The notes beneath the pieces are model-generated. The model was given only the letters and a program-made list of their open reading frames with translations. It had not been told where the DNA came from and searched no databases. DNA of 64,000 nt, taken from NCBI GenBank assembly GCA_038208045.1, contig JBBQZD010000001.1, forward strand, positions 4,526 to 68,525, read 5' to 3'. Below are positions 25,657 to 34,656 of this stretch, one piece after another; positions within the stretch are counted from its first letter, which is position 1; each line of letters opens with the position of its first letter. The translations under genes were made by a program, and so were the position numbers. The stretch comes from Gemmatimonadales bacterium (lineage in GTDB: Bacteria > Gemmatimonadota > Gemmatimonadetes > Gemmatimonadales > Gemmatimonadaceae).

Positions 25657-28533
25657 ATGTCGCGTCCCCCGTCCCCTCGCCTCTTCCTCGTCGACGGCTA
25701 TGCGCTGATCTATCGCGCGTTCTTCGCCCTCGGTCAGCAGCCGCTGCGCAGCAGCCGCGGCGAAAACACGTCGATCGCGCGCGGCACCAACGACTTCATC
25801 ACGAAGCTCATCGAGAAGCACCAGCCCGAGTATCTCGGATGGGTGCATGACCTGGGGCTGTCGTTCCGCCACGAGTTGTACCCGGAGTACAAGGCCACGC
25901 GCGAACGGCTCGAGGCCGAACAGCAGGTCGACTTTGACGAGGGCGTGGCGCGCGTCGAGGAACTCCTCGGCGGGTACCGCATCCCGATTCTGTCGCTCGA
26001 GGGCTACGAGGCCGACGACGTCATCGGAACCGTCGCCCGGCTCGCGGTCGAGCGGCACGTGAACGTGGTGATCGTGTCGGGCGACAAGGATTTCGCGCAG
26101 CTCGTGCGGCCCGGAGTCTGGATCCTCAATCCGTGGCACGGACGTCCGGGTGCGACCACCGAGAAGTGGTACGACACGGACAACGTCATCGAGCGGCTGG
26201 GAGTCTCCGCCGACCGGGTCACGGATTTTCTGGCCCTGAAGGGGGATTCGTCCGACAACGTCCCCGGCGTGAAGGGCATCGGCGACAAGTCGGGGATCGC
26301 CCTGATCAACACATGGGGCTCACTCGAGAACATCCTCGCGCATGTCGACGAGACTGAGCCCACGCGCGCGCGGAATGCCCTCAAGGAGTACGGCGCCAAC
26401 GGCGTGCTCTCGAAAGAGCTGGTGACGATTCGCGAAGACCTGCCGGTCTCGCTCGACCTCGAGGCGCTGCAGCTCGAACCGCCGGACTGGGCGCGACTGC
26501 GCGACCTGTTTGTCCACCTCGAGTTCACGACCGCCGCGCGGAAGGCGGGTGCGGAGGCCGGCATGCAAGCCGACACCCCCGATGCCCCGGGCGCGACCCA
26601 GGGCGGGCTGGAGTCCGCGTCGGAGGTCGTGCACCCGGCGGCGCCCGAGGCGCACTATACGACGGTCGATACCGTCAAGGCGCTGCACGCGCTCGTGAAG
26701 CGCTGCCGCGCGGCAGGGAGCATTGCGGTCGACACCGAGACGGTCCTCGACGCCGATGCGCCGCCCATCGTGACGCCGATGCGCGCGAACCTCGTGTCCA
26801 TCTCCATCGCCGTCGCCCCGGGCGAGGCGTACTATCTGCCGTTCGCCCATCGTGGCAAGCGGGCCGACCAGGGTGCCCTGGACCTTGGCGAGGCACCGGC
26901 GCCAGTCACCCCAGGCATCAAGAATCTCCCACCACTCCTGAGCGCCGACGCCGAACCCCTGCGCGCGCTGCTCGAAGATTCCGCCGTCAAGAAGACGGCG
27001 CACAATGCCAAGTACGACCTGCTCGTGTTGCGTCGCGCCGGGGTCACGCTGCGTGGCCTCGACTTCGATTCCATGCTGGCTAGCTACGTGCTCGATCCGG
27101 GCCGGCGGTCGCATGCCATCGATGCGCTCGCCCTGGAATTTCTTGGCCGCACGATGACCGATTTCACCGACCTGTGCGGCAAAGGGAAGAACGCCATCGG
27201 CTTCGACGAGGTCGCCATCGACGTGGCGCGCGACTACTCGTGCGCCGACAGCGACATCGCGCTGCAGTTGCGCGCGCTCTTTGCCCCGCGCCTCGAGGAA
27301 CACGCGCTGACCTCCCTGCTGACGGACGTCGAACTGCCGCTCGTCGGGGTGCTGGCCGACATGGAATGGGCGGGCATCAGTATCGACGTGCCGTGGTTTG
27401 CATCGCTCAAGGCACGCTTTGCGCGCGAGCGCGGCGACGTGGAGCGCCAGATCTTCGCCGAGGCAGGCGAGGAGTTCAACATCCAGTCCAATCCGCAACT
27501 GCGGGAGATCCTGTTCGGCAAGCTCGGGCTTCCGGTCAAGAAGAAGACCGCCACCGGGCCCTCCACCGACGCATCGGTACTGCAGGAACTGGCCGACGAG
27601 GGCCACGCCTTGCCATCGTTGCTCATGGAGTATCGGGAACTCGCGAAGCTCGAGAACACGTACCTCGACACGCTGCCGGTCCTCGTGAACCCGCGGACCC
27701 ATCGGCTGCACACCTCGTTCAACCAGACGGTGGCGAGCACGGGGCGCCTGTCGTCGTCCGACCCGAACCTGCAGAACATCCCCATTCGCCGGGAACTCGG
27801 AAAAGCCATTCGTCAGGGCTTCATTCCGCGTCCGGGCTGGAAGCTGCTGGCGGCCGACTACTCGCAGGTGGAACTGCGGCTGCTCGCGCACCTCTCGCAT
27901 GACCCGGCCTTCGTCACGGCGTTCAAGGCAGGTGGCGACATTCATCGCCAGACCGCGTCGGTCATCTTCGGGGTCCCCATCGACGCCGTGACGGGCGAGA
28001 TGCGCGCCCGCGCCAAGACCATCAACTTCGCCACCATCTACGGGCAGGGGGCGCACTCGCTGTCGCGCGCCCTCAAGATCGAGCACGCCGAAGCCAAGGC
28101 GTTCATCGAGACGTACTTCGAGCGCTTCGCCGGCATTCGCACGTTTCTCGACAGCACGGTCGCGCAGGCCAAGCAGCGCGGGTACGTGGAGACCATCTTC
28201 AAGCGCCGCCGCTACATTCCCGAGTTGCAGGACCGCAATTTCAACGTCCGGGCGTTCGGCGAACGCACCGCGCAGAACTCGCCCATTCAGGGATCGGCCG
28301 CCGACCTCATCAAGGTCGCGATGCTCCGGATTCACGAATCACTGCGTCAGGAAGGGCTGCAGGCCACCATGCTGTTGCAGGTGCACGACGAATTGGTCTT
28401 CGAGGTGCCCCCCGAGGAGCTCGAACGGCTCCAGATCCTGGTCGATCGGGACATGACGACCGCCATTGCCCTGGACGTTCCGTTGGTGGTCGACATCGGC
28501 GTGGGAGACAACTGGCTCGCCTGCAAGTCGTGA
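25657..28533 (+). CDS. polA: DNA polymerase I
   Basis: 958 aa from MSRPPSPRLFLVDGYALIYRAFFAL (5' nuclease). Includes a 3'-5' exo domain and pol motifs (DYSQVELRLLAHLS, QVHDELVFE). Confidence 0.95.
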   Translation: MSRPPSPRLFLVDGYALIYRAFFALGQQPLRSSRGENTSIARGTNDFITKLIEKHQPEYLGWVHDLGLSFRHELYPEYKATRERLEAEQQVDFDEGVARVEELLGGYRIPILSLEGYEADDVIGTVARLAVERHVNVVIVSGDKDFAQLVRPGVWILNPWHGRPGATTEKWYDTDNVIERLGVSADRVTDFLALKGDSSDNVPGVKGIGDKSGIALINTWGSLENILAHVDETEPTRARNALKEYGANGVLSKELVTIREDLPVSLDLEALQLEPPDWARLRDLFVHLEFTTAARKAGAEAGMQADTPDAPGATQGGLESASEVVHPAAPEAHYTTVDTVKALHALVKRCRAAGSIAVDTETVLDADAPPIVTPMRANLVSISIAVAPGEAYYLPFAHRGKRADQGALDLGEAPAPVTPGIKNLPPLLSADAEPLRALLEDSAVKKTAHNAKYDLLVLRRAGVTLRGLDFDSMLASYVLDPGRRSHAIDALALEFLGRTMTDFTDLCGKGKNAIGFDEVAIDVARDYSCADSDIALQLRALFAPRLEEHALTSLLTDVELPLVGVLADMEWAGISIDVPWFASLKARFARERGDVERQIFAEAGEEFNIQSNPQLREILFGKLGLPVKKKTATGPSTDASVLQELADEGHALPSLLMEYRELAKLENTYLDTLPVLVNPRTHRLHTSFNQTVASTGRLSSSDPNLQNIPIRRELGKAIRQGFIPRPGWKLLAADYSQVELRLLAHLSHDPAFVTAFKAGGDIHRQTASVIFGVPIDAVTGEMRARAKTINFATIYGQGAHSLSRALKIEHAEAKAFIETYFERFAGIRTFLDSTVAQAKQRGYVETIFKRRRYIPELQDRNFNVRAFGERTAQNSPIQGSAADLIKVAMLRIHESLRQEGLQATMLLQVHDELVFEVPPEELERLQILVDRDMTTAIALDVPLVVDIGVGDNWLACKS

Positions 28534-28655
28534 GCCGTGGGCTCTTGCAGCTTGCGGCAATTTGCGCGAAACGTGGCCAGAAACGTGAGCTGATGTTCTG
28601 ATGCCTTGCCCGGCAACCCATTGTTTCGTATACATTTACGGAAATTCTGACGGCT

Positions 28656-28670
28656 TGGCCCCAGCGTTGC
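28656..28670 (+). promoter_or_regulatory. sigma-54-type -24/-12 promoter element TGGCCC-N5-TTGC
   Basis: TGGCCCCAGCGTTGC has correct GG-N10-GC spacing and lies ~98 nt upstream of the pilin ATG. Confidence 0.45.
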
Positions 28671-28768
28671 GACACTTGGGACATGTCCGTCTTGTGTAGG
28701 AAGCACTACGCTGGTGATCGTGCGTGATGAGTCGCGCACCGTGCCGGCCTTTCTGCAGCCCACCGACC

Positions 28769-29152
28769 ATGACAGCTCAGCGCCGCGGATTTACCCTGAT
28801 CGAACTGCTGATCGTCGTCGTGATCATCGGCATTCTTGCCGCCATCGCGATTCCGAAATTCCAGAATACGAAGGGCAAGGCGAATGCGGCGTCGCTGAAG
28901 TCGGACCTGCGCAACCTGGCCACGGCGCAGGAAGCGTATTTTTACGACAACACGGTCTACGCCTCGTCGACCACGCAGATGGCGTACGGACAGTCGCCGG
29001 GCGTCGTGCTGACGATCATCACTGCCACCGGCTCCGGTTGGTCGGCGCGCGCCACGCATCCGGCCTCGTACCCGCTGACGTGCGCGCTCTTCCAGGGAAA
29101 CGTGGCGGCCGCCACGCCGGCCACGGTCGAAGGACTGATCGGCTGTCAATAG
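28769..29152 (+). CDS. type IV pilin-like protein (prepilin N-terminal cleavage/methylation domain)
   Basis: MTAQRRGFTLIELLIVVVIIGILAAIAIPKF; two Cys near the C-terminus. Confidence 0.85.
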   Translation: MTAQRRGFTLIELLIVVVIIGILAAIAIPKFQNTKGKANAASLKSDLRNLATAQEAYFYDNTVYASSTTQMAYGQSPGVVLTIITATGSGWSARATHPASYPLTCALFQGNVAAATPATVEGLIGCQ

Positions 29153-29217
29153 CCTTCCCCGAGCCGAGATGGCCGTCGATTCCGCCATGGAAGGAGTTCG
29201 ACCATCGGCGCGACGGC

Positions 29218-29448
29218 ATGCTGCACGCGATGACCGGCGGCCTCTGGTTGCACCGCCACACTTGGATGGGGCGCGCCATGGCGCACCTCGTGTCCACCGA
29301 TCATGATCGCCTCGTCGCCGCCGCGCGCGACATCCGCTTTCCCGTGGAACGCCTGCAATTCAAACCGCTGAAGGATCCGCGCACCGGCCTGCGTCGCGAT
29401 GCCTGGCATTTCGACCTCGGCGGTCCGTTCCTGCCGCCGCACGCATGA
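29218..29448 (+). CDS. DUF4031-like small protein
   Basis: ...GRAMAHLVSTDHDRLVAAARDIRF...RDAWHFDLGGP resembles the DUF4031 pattern (H..SD...L..FA...G....HYDL). Start uncertain. Confidence 0.4.
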   Translation: MLHAMTGGLWLHRHTWMGRAMAHLVSTDHDRLVAAARDIRFPVERLQFKPLKDPRTGLRRDAWHFDLGGPFLPPHA

Positions 29449-30290
29449 AGCGCGGCATCGGTGCAGGCGTCCTCGCAGCGCTCATGGCGTGCGGCGCTCC
29501 CGTGCCGGATCGAGCGGCCACACCCGGCGTGGCTGCACCTGCTGGCGCGTCGCGCGATGCCGTGCGCACCACCACCGAGGCGTGGCCAGACGCCATCGGC
29601 GGCGTCCTCGCCCTCGCGAATCCCGTCACCGGCGAAGCGCTGCTCTTCCGCCGTGACACGCTCGTGCCGCCGCGCACCGTGGTGGTGGTGGGCTACGACT
29701 CCACGGTGCAGCCGGCTGCCATCCGCGACGTGCGTCCCCTGCCGTGCGCCGCGCGTGCCCTGCTGCGGGTGACAGGCGTCGCCGCCGGGTGGACGCTCGC
29801 GCTCGACGCCGAGAGCGCGGGTCGTGCGCGGCCACTGGCCATCGACGTGCTCGAGGATCTCACCACCGTCGATTCACAACGTGTCGTGGTGCGCATCCAG
29901 CGCGCGCTGAACACGCTTCCCGATACGGGCAGCGGCATGGAATTCCGCGGTCTTCCCGTTGTCGTGCGTGACGCGTGGCTGGTGTACGGACCGTCGGACA
30001 CCCTGGTCGTCGCGCGCGCGGCGCGCATGCGCAACCTCGAGGCCACCGCGCACGAGGAACTGCGTTTCGTCGTCCTCGAGGGCAACCAGCCCCGATTCGT
30101 GGCGCGCGTCGCGGGCGACGAGGAAGTCATCGAGTCGTGGGATCTGCTTGCCGCGCTCGACGTGCATGGCCAGCCCTGGCTTGCGATCGCGCGCGAAGGC
30201 GTCCGGTCGCTGCAACTCGAGGTCATCACGCGCGACGGTGCGGTGTGGCGATCGGCGTGGCGCAGTGATGCGCTCCGGTGTTCACGATAG
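29445..30290 (+). CDS. hypothetical lipoprotein
   Basis: MKRGIGAGVLAALMACGAP lipobox. ATGA overlap with the upstream ORF. No recognisable domain. Confidence 0.55.
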   Translation: MKRGIGAGVLAALMACGAPVPDRAATPGVAAPAGASRDAVRTTTEAWPDAIGGVLALANPVTGEALLFRRDTLVPPRTVVVVGYDSTVQPAAIRDVRPLPCAARALLRVTGVAAGWTLALDAESAGRARPLAIDVLEDLTTVDSQRVVVRIQRALNTLPDTGSGMEFRGLPVVVRDAWLVYGPSDTLVVARAARMRNLEATAHEELRFVVLEGNQPRFVARVAGDEEVIESWDLLAALDVHGQPWLAIAREGVRSLQLEVITRDGAVWRSAWRSDALRCSR

Positions 30291-30296
30291 TGTAGT

Positions 30297-30489
30297 CCGC
30301 CATACCGGGCTTGTTTCAACACGGAGCCACGGAGTCAACGGCGAGGGCCACGGAGGCAGCGACTACAAATTCCTTGGGGGTTTGGTGGACAGTCCCGTCC
30401 GCCGAGCCCCTTGGAATTGCGGGTGCAGTCCAGGTGGCCCTCGCCGTTGACTCCGTGGCTCCGTGTTGAAAGAAGCTTCAAATGGCGCC
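30297..30489 (-). repeat. NPR copy 8, alpha/alpha' arms (near-perfect hairpin), center inverted relative to copies 9 and 10
   Basis: The reverse complement of its center (ggggctcggcggacgggactgtccaccaaaccccc) matches the centers of copies 9 and 10. Confidence 0.9.
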
Positions 30490-30501
30490 CCACACTCGGC
30501 T

Positions 30502-31425
30502 TTACCGTGCGTCGTCATCCAGTGGTCGCCCAAGCCACGCCGGCGATTCCGCTCGCCGCTGCGTTCCCGCGAGCACGAGCAACGTGAGCACGTACGGCAG
30601 CGCCAGGAACAGCTGATACGGCACCGGCCAGCCCAGCGACTGGAACACGTACTGCAACTGGCTTGCCGCACCGAAGAGCAGCGCCGCCCCCGCCACACCG
30701 GGCGCCGACCAGCGGCCCAATACCACGATGGCAATCGCGATGAACCCGCGTCCGGCAGACAGGCCCTCGGCGAAGGTCCCTACCTGCGCGAGCACCAGCA
30801 CGCCGCCGGCAAGGCCGCCCATCGCGCCGCCGAACAGCAGTGCCATCGCCTGCACCTTCACGGGAGAAATGCCCGCGGCAAAAGCCGCCGCCGGTCGTTC
30901 GCCCGTGGCGCGGAGCGCCAGCCCGGCGTGCGTGCTCCGCATCCACCACCAGAGCGCGACGGCCAGCACGTACAGTAGATACGTCACGCTCGGTTGTTCG
31001 AAGAGCGCACGGCCGAACAGGGGAACGTCGGCGAGGGCCGCCACCCGAACGGGTGCGAGCGTCGGCACCGACAACGCGGCCCCCTGTGCGCCGTACCAGG
31101 CGCGGTACAGCGTCCCCGTGAGACCAAGCGCGAGCATGGTCACGGCAGTGCCCGCGATAATGGCGTCGGCGCGCAGCCAGAGCACCACGACCGCCATGAG
31201 CACCGAGACCGCGCAGCCCGCGGTGATCGCCAACGCAAAGCCCGCGCCGAGACTTCCGGCGCCGGCGCCGACGAGCGCCCCAAAGGCGCCGGCAATGATG
31301 GCGCCCTCGAGGCCGAGGTTGATCACGCCCGACCGCTCGACCACCAACTCGCCGTACGCCGCCAGCGCCAGCGGGGTCGCCGTGCGCACCGAAGCCTGCA
31401 GGAAGTCCGTATACTCGGCTGACAT
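30502..31425 (-). CDS. ABC transporter permease (BMP/nucleoside-type, YufQ-like)
   Basis: 307 aa polytopic membrane protein, last gene of the operon. Confidence 0.85.
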   Translation of the reverse strand: MSAEYTDFLQASVRTATPLALAAYGELVVERSGVINLGLEGAIIAGAFGALVGAGAGSLGAGFALAITAGCAVSVLMAVVVLWLRADAIIAGTAVTMLALGLTGTLYRAWYGAQGAALSVPTLAPVRVAALADVPLFGRALFEQPSVTYLLYVLAVALWWWMRSTHAGLALRATGERPAAAFAAGISPVKVQAMALLFGGAMGGLAGGVLVLAQVGTFAEGLSAGRGFIAIAIVVLGRWSAPGVAGAALLFGAASQLQYVFQSLGWPVPYQLFLALPYVLTLLVLAGTQRRAESPAWLGRPLDDDAR

Positions 31426-32450
31426 CAGTCAGTCCTGCCGCGTCGCGCATGATCCAGCGCCAGGACGCCGAGCACCACCAGCGCTTCCACCACGGCGGCG
31501 AGCACGGAGGGCACGTTGGCGTCACGCTGCATCGCCGCTGCCCCCGCTTCGAGCGCCCCGAACAGCAGCGAGGTGCCGATGATTGCCACGGGATGCAGTC
31601 GGCCGAGCAGCGCCACCGCAATGGCGCTGTAACCGTATCCGGGCGAGATCCCTTCGTACAGCGCGTACGTCACGCCGGTGACTTCACTGGCACCACCCAG
31701 GCCGGCCAGTGCGCCGCTCGCCACGAAGACCCAGGCAGCCGTGCGCGCGGCGTCGATGCCGCCCGCACTCCTCGCTGCGGACGCCCCGGCGCCGACGGCG
31801 CGCACGCGAAACCCGGCCGCGGTGCGCGTCAGGAACCACCAGAGGGCCACGGCGAGCAACACCGCCAGCACGTATCCCAGGTGCAACCGGTGTCCGTCGA
31901 ACAGCAGCGGCAGCCGAACGGCCGCTGACAACTCCGCCGTCTGGGGGTAGACATGCGTCGGTTCCTGCAGGGGTCCTCGCACGGCGAACGACACCCCGTA
32001 CGCCGCGATGAAATTGAGCATCAGGGTGCTGATCACCTCGAGCACGCCGAAGCGGCGGCGCAGCCACGCGGCGAGGCCGGCCCACCCGGCGCCGGCCGCC
32101 GCACCCGCCAACCGCGCCAGCGGCAGCGCGATCAGTCGTGGCCATCCGCCCACGGCGAACCCCGCGGCCACGGCCACCGTTGCGCCCGCCAGGAATTGTC
32201 CTTCGGCGCCGATGTTCAGCACGCCGGCGCGAAAGGCCAGCCCGACCGCGAGGCCGACGAACAGCAGCGGCGTTGCCCGCACCAGTGTAGCCGACACGAG
32301 GGAGTACGTGCTGCCAAAGGCGCCGTCCCAGAGCGCGTGCAGCGCACGCGCCGTGTCGTAGCCCCCCGCCTGCAGGATCCACAGTACGGAGCCAACGACG
32401 GCCAGGAGGGTCGCTCCCGGGATCACCCATCGGGCACCGGGGCGGTGCAT
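31425..32450 (-). CDS. ABC transporter permease (BMP/nucleoside-type, YufP-like)
   Basis: 341 aa polytopic membrane protein; 1-nt overlaps on both sides. Confidence 0.85.
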   Translation of the reverse strand: MHRPGARWVIPGATLLAVVGSVLWILQAGGYDTARALHALWDGAFGSTYSLVSATLVRATPLLFVGLAVGLAFRAGVLNIGAEGQFLAGATVAVAAGFAVGGWPRLIALPLARLAGAAAGAGWAGLAAWLRRRFGVLEVISTLMLNFIAAYGVSFAVRGPLQEPTHVYPQTAELSAAVRLPLLFDGHRLHLGYVLAVLLAVALWWFLTRTAAGFRVRAVGAGASAARSAGGIDAARTAAWVFVASGALAGLGGASEVTGVTYALYEGISPGYGYSAIAVALLGRLHPVAIIGTSLLFGALEAGAAAMQRDANVPSVLAAVVEALVVLGVLALDHARRGRTD

Positions 32451-33886
32451 CAGGCCGCGCCGATCATGGCGCGCGCCACGGCGTCGCGAGTGACCGCGAC
32501 TTCACTCAGCCGGCCAGCAAACATCACCAGCATCCGGTCGGCGAGCGGCAGCACGTCGTCGAGATCGCTCGAATGAATCACCACCGCGCTTCCTGCCGCG
32601 GCCGTCTCCCTGAGCTCTCGCAGGACGTGTGCCGACGCCCGGATGTCGAGTCCGCGCACCGGATTGTCGGCCACCACGAGCAGCGGCCGGTCGTCCAACT
32701 CGCGGCCCAGCACGAATTTCTGTTGATTGCCGCCAGACAGCGTGCTGGCCGCGACGTCCGGTGTCGGCGCGCGCACGTCGTGGGCGTGCATCACGCGCTC
32801 CGCCTGCGCGCGCAACGTCTTCCATGGCATCACACCCATGCGCTGGGACGCGTCGCGCAGCGCGAAATTCTCGGTGAGCGTGAATTCCTCGATGAGGGCG
32901 TCGCGGTGCCGGTCTTCGGGCGCAAATCCTACATGGCGTGGCAAGTGCGCGATGCCGTGCGAGGGCGCCAGCCGGCCGGCGAGCAGTCGCAGCAAGTCGC
33001 TGGCGCCCGATCCTTCCACCCCCGCCACGCCCACAATTTCTCCGGCGCGCAAGGCCACGGTGACCGGCTGCACGCGCACGACACCGCGGGCATCGCGCAC
33101 CTCGGCGGCCTCGAGCCGCGCTACGATCTGCCCCGGTGTTCGCGTCACGCGAAGCCCAGGGGTGTCCACGCCGTCGCTGTCTCCCGTCACGGCATCCACC
33201 AACCGGTTCACCGTCAGGCCGGCGGCGGGAGCCGACAGCACGTCGCGGCCGCGCCGGAGTACGGTGATGTCATCGGCCAGTGTCAGCGCTTCGGTGAGCT
33301 TGTGCGTGATCAGTACCGTGGTGCCGCCGCCTGCGACGAACCGGCGCAGCCAGGTGAACAACTCCTCGATCTCCGAGGGCGTCAGCACCGCCGTGGGTTC
33401 GTCGAGGATCAGGATCCGTGCGTTGCGAGCCAGGGCCTTCAGAATTTCCACGCGCTGTTGCGCGCCCACGCCGAGTGTGCTCACGCGAGCCGCCGGATCC
33501 ACGGGCAACCCGGCTCGTTCGGCGAGCGAGGCGACGCGGGCGTCGACGGTGCGCCTGCTGAACATCCCGCGTCCGCCCAGGGCGATGTTTTCGGCGGCGG
33601 TCATCGCCGGGACCAGCGTAAAGTGCTGGTGCACCATGCCAAGGCCACGCGCCATCGCGTCGGCGCTGGACGCAAGCCGCACCGCACGGCCGTCGAGGCG
33701 GATCACGCCGGCATCGGGACGCTGCATGCCGAAGGCGATGCGCATCAGTGTCGTCTTGCCGGCGCCGTTCTCCCCGAGCACGGCGTGCAGCGTGCCGCGG
33801 CGCACCGTCAGGGACGCCTTCGTCAGCGCAGTGGTGCCGCCGAATCGCTTGTCGACCGCCTCGAGCGCCAGGACGATGTCACTCAC
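32450..33886 (-). CDS. ABC transporter ATP-binding protein (duplicated ATPase)
   Basis: GENGAGKTT Walker A, LSGGNQQK signature, two NBDs. The GTG start at 33886 overlaps the NIF3 stop (GTGA); the track ORF extends to 33943. Confidence 0.9.
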   Translation of the reverse strand: MSDIVLALEAVDKRFGGTTALTKASLTVRRGTLHAVLGENGAGKTTLMRIAFGMQRPDAGVIRLDGRAVRLASSADAMARGLGMVHQHFTLVPAMTAAENIALGGRGMFSRRTVDARVASLAERAGLPVDPAARVSTLGVGAQQRVEILKALARNARILILDEPTAVLTPSEIEELFTWLRRFVAGGGTTVLITHKLTEALTLADDITVLRRGRDVLSAPAAGLTVNRLVDAVTGDSDGVDTPGLRVTRTPGQIVARLEAAEVRDARGVVRVQPVTVALRAGEIVGVAGVEGSGASDLLRLLAGRLAPSHGIAHLPRHVGFAPEDRHRDALIEEFTLTENFALRDASQRMGVMPWKTLRAQAERVMHAHDVRAPTPDVAASTLSGGNQQKFVLGRELDDRPLLVVADNPVRGLDIRASAHVLRELRETAAAGSAVVIHSSDLDDVLPLADRMLVMFAGRLSEVAVTRDAVARAMIGAA

Positions 33887-34656
33887 AAACCCGTCGGGGC
33901 CTCCACAAAGCTCCACGGCACGCCGGCCTCGTCCGCCATCCACGCCGCGAGCGCACGCACGCCGGGAGTCTCCGTGGCGTAGTGCCCGGCATAAATGATC
34001 ACGAGGCCCTTCTCCGCGGCGTCCACGGCGCTCCAGTGTGGTCCTTCGCCCGTGATGATCGTGTCCAGGCCCAGGTCCACGGCCTCACGTATCGTGTCCG
34101 CGGTGATACCGGCGCCAGTCACCACCGCCCACCGGCGGGTGCGACGACCCGGCGTGAACGCGGAGGCAATCGCCTGGCCACCGTGCGATCGCGCGAAGCC
34201 ATCACAGCTTGCCAGCAGGGCCGCCGTATTGACGTCGGCTTCGCCCTGCACGCCGCAGAAGATGCTCTGGTAGCGGCCGAATCCGCCGCTCGACGTGAGG
34301 CCCAGTTCCCCGGCGAGCAGAAACGAATTGCCCATCGTTTCGTGGGCATCGAGCGGGAGGTGCGCCGAATAGAGGGCCATGTCGTGCCCAAGCAGCAGCC
34401 GGATGCGCTCAAGATGCGCGCCGGTGAGCGGCTGCAATCCGCCCCAGAATAGGCCGTGGTGCACGATGAGCAGGTTGGCGCCGGCGTCAACCGCGCCACG
34501 GATGGTCCTCAGGGAGCAATCCACGGCGGCGGCGATCCGGCAGACCGGCGTGGCATTGTCCACCTGCAGTCCGTTGAGCGCCAGCGCATAGTCCGGTGTT
34601 TCGCGGCAGCGCAACAGGGCGTTGGCTCGTTGTGCGAGGTCGGTGGCGGAAATCAT
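33883..34656 (-). CDS. NIF3 family (GTP cyclohydrolase 1 type 2 homolog / YbgI-like) dinuclear-metal protein
   Basis: 257 aa from MISATDLAQRANALL. Contains LLIVHHGLFW, YSAHLPLDAH, ITGE..H motifs. It is the last part of the 33883..35520 composite track ORF. Confidence 0.85.
   Translation of the reverse strand: MISATDLAQRANALLRCRETPDYALALNGLQVDNATPVCRIAAAVDCSLRTIRGAVDAGANLLIVHHGLFWGGLQPLTGAHLERIRLLLGHDMALYSAHLPLDAHETMGNSFLLAGELGLTSSGGFGRYQSIFCGVQGEADVNTAALLASCDGFARSHGGQAIASAFTPGRRTRRWAVVTGAGITADTIREAVDLGLDTIITGEGPHWSAVDAAEKGLVIIYAGHYATETPGVRALAAWMADEAGVPWSFVEAPTGL

Noticed and set aside
26320-28335. 671-aa ORF on the minus strand
   Set aside because: It lies entirely antisense to polA, with Arg/Gly/Glu-rich low-information composition. 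This is a GC-driven shadow ORF.
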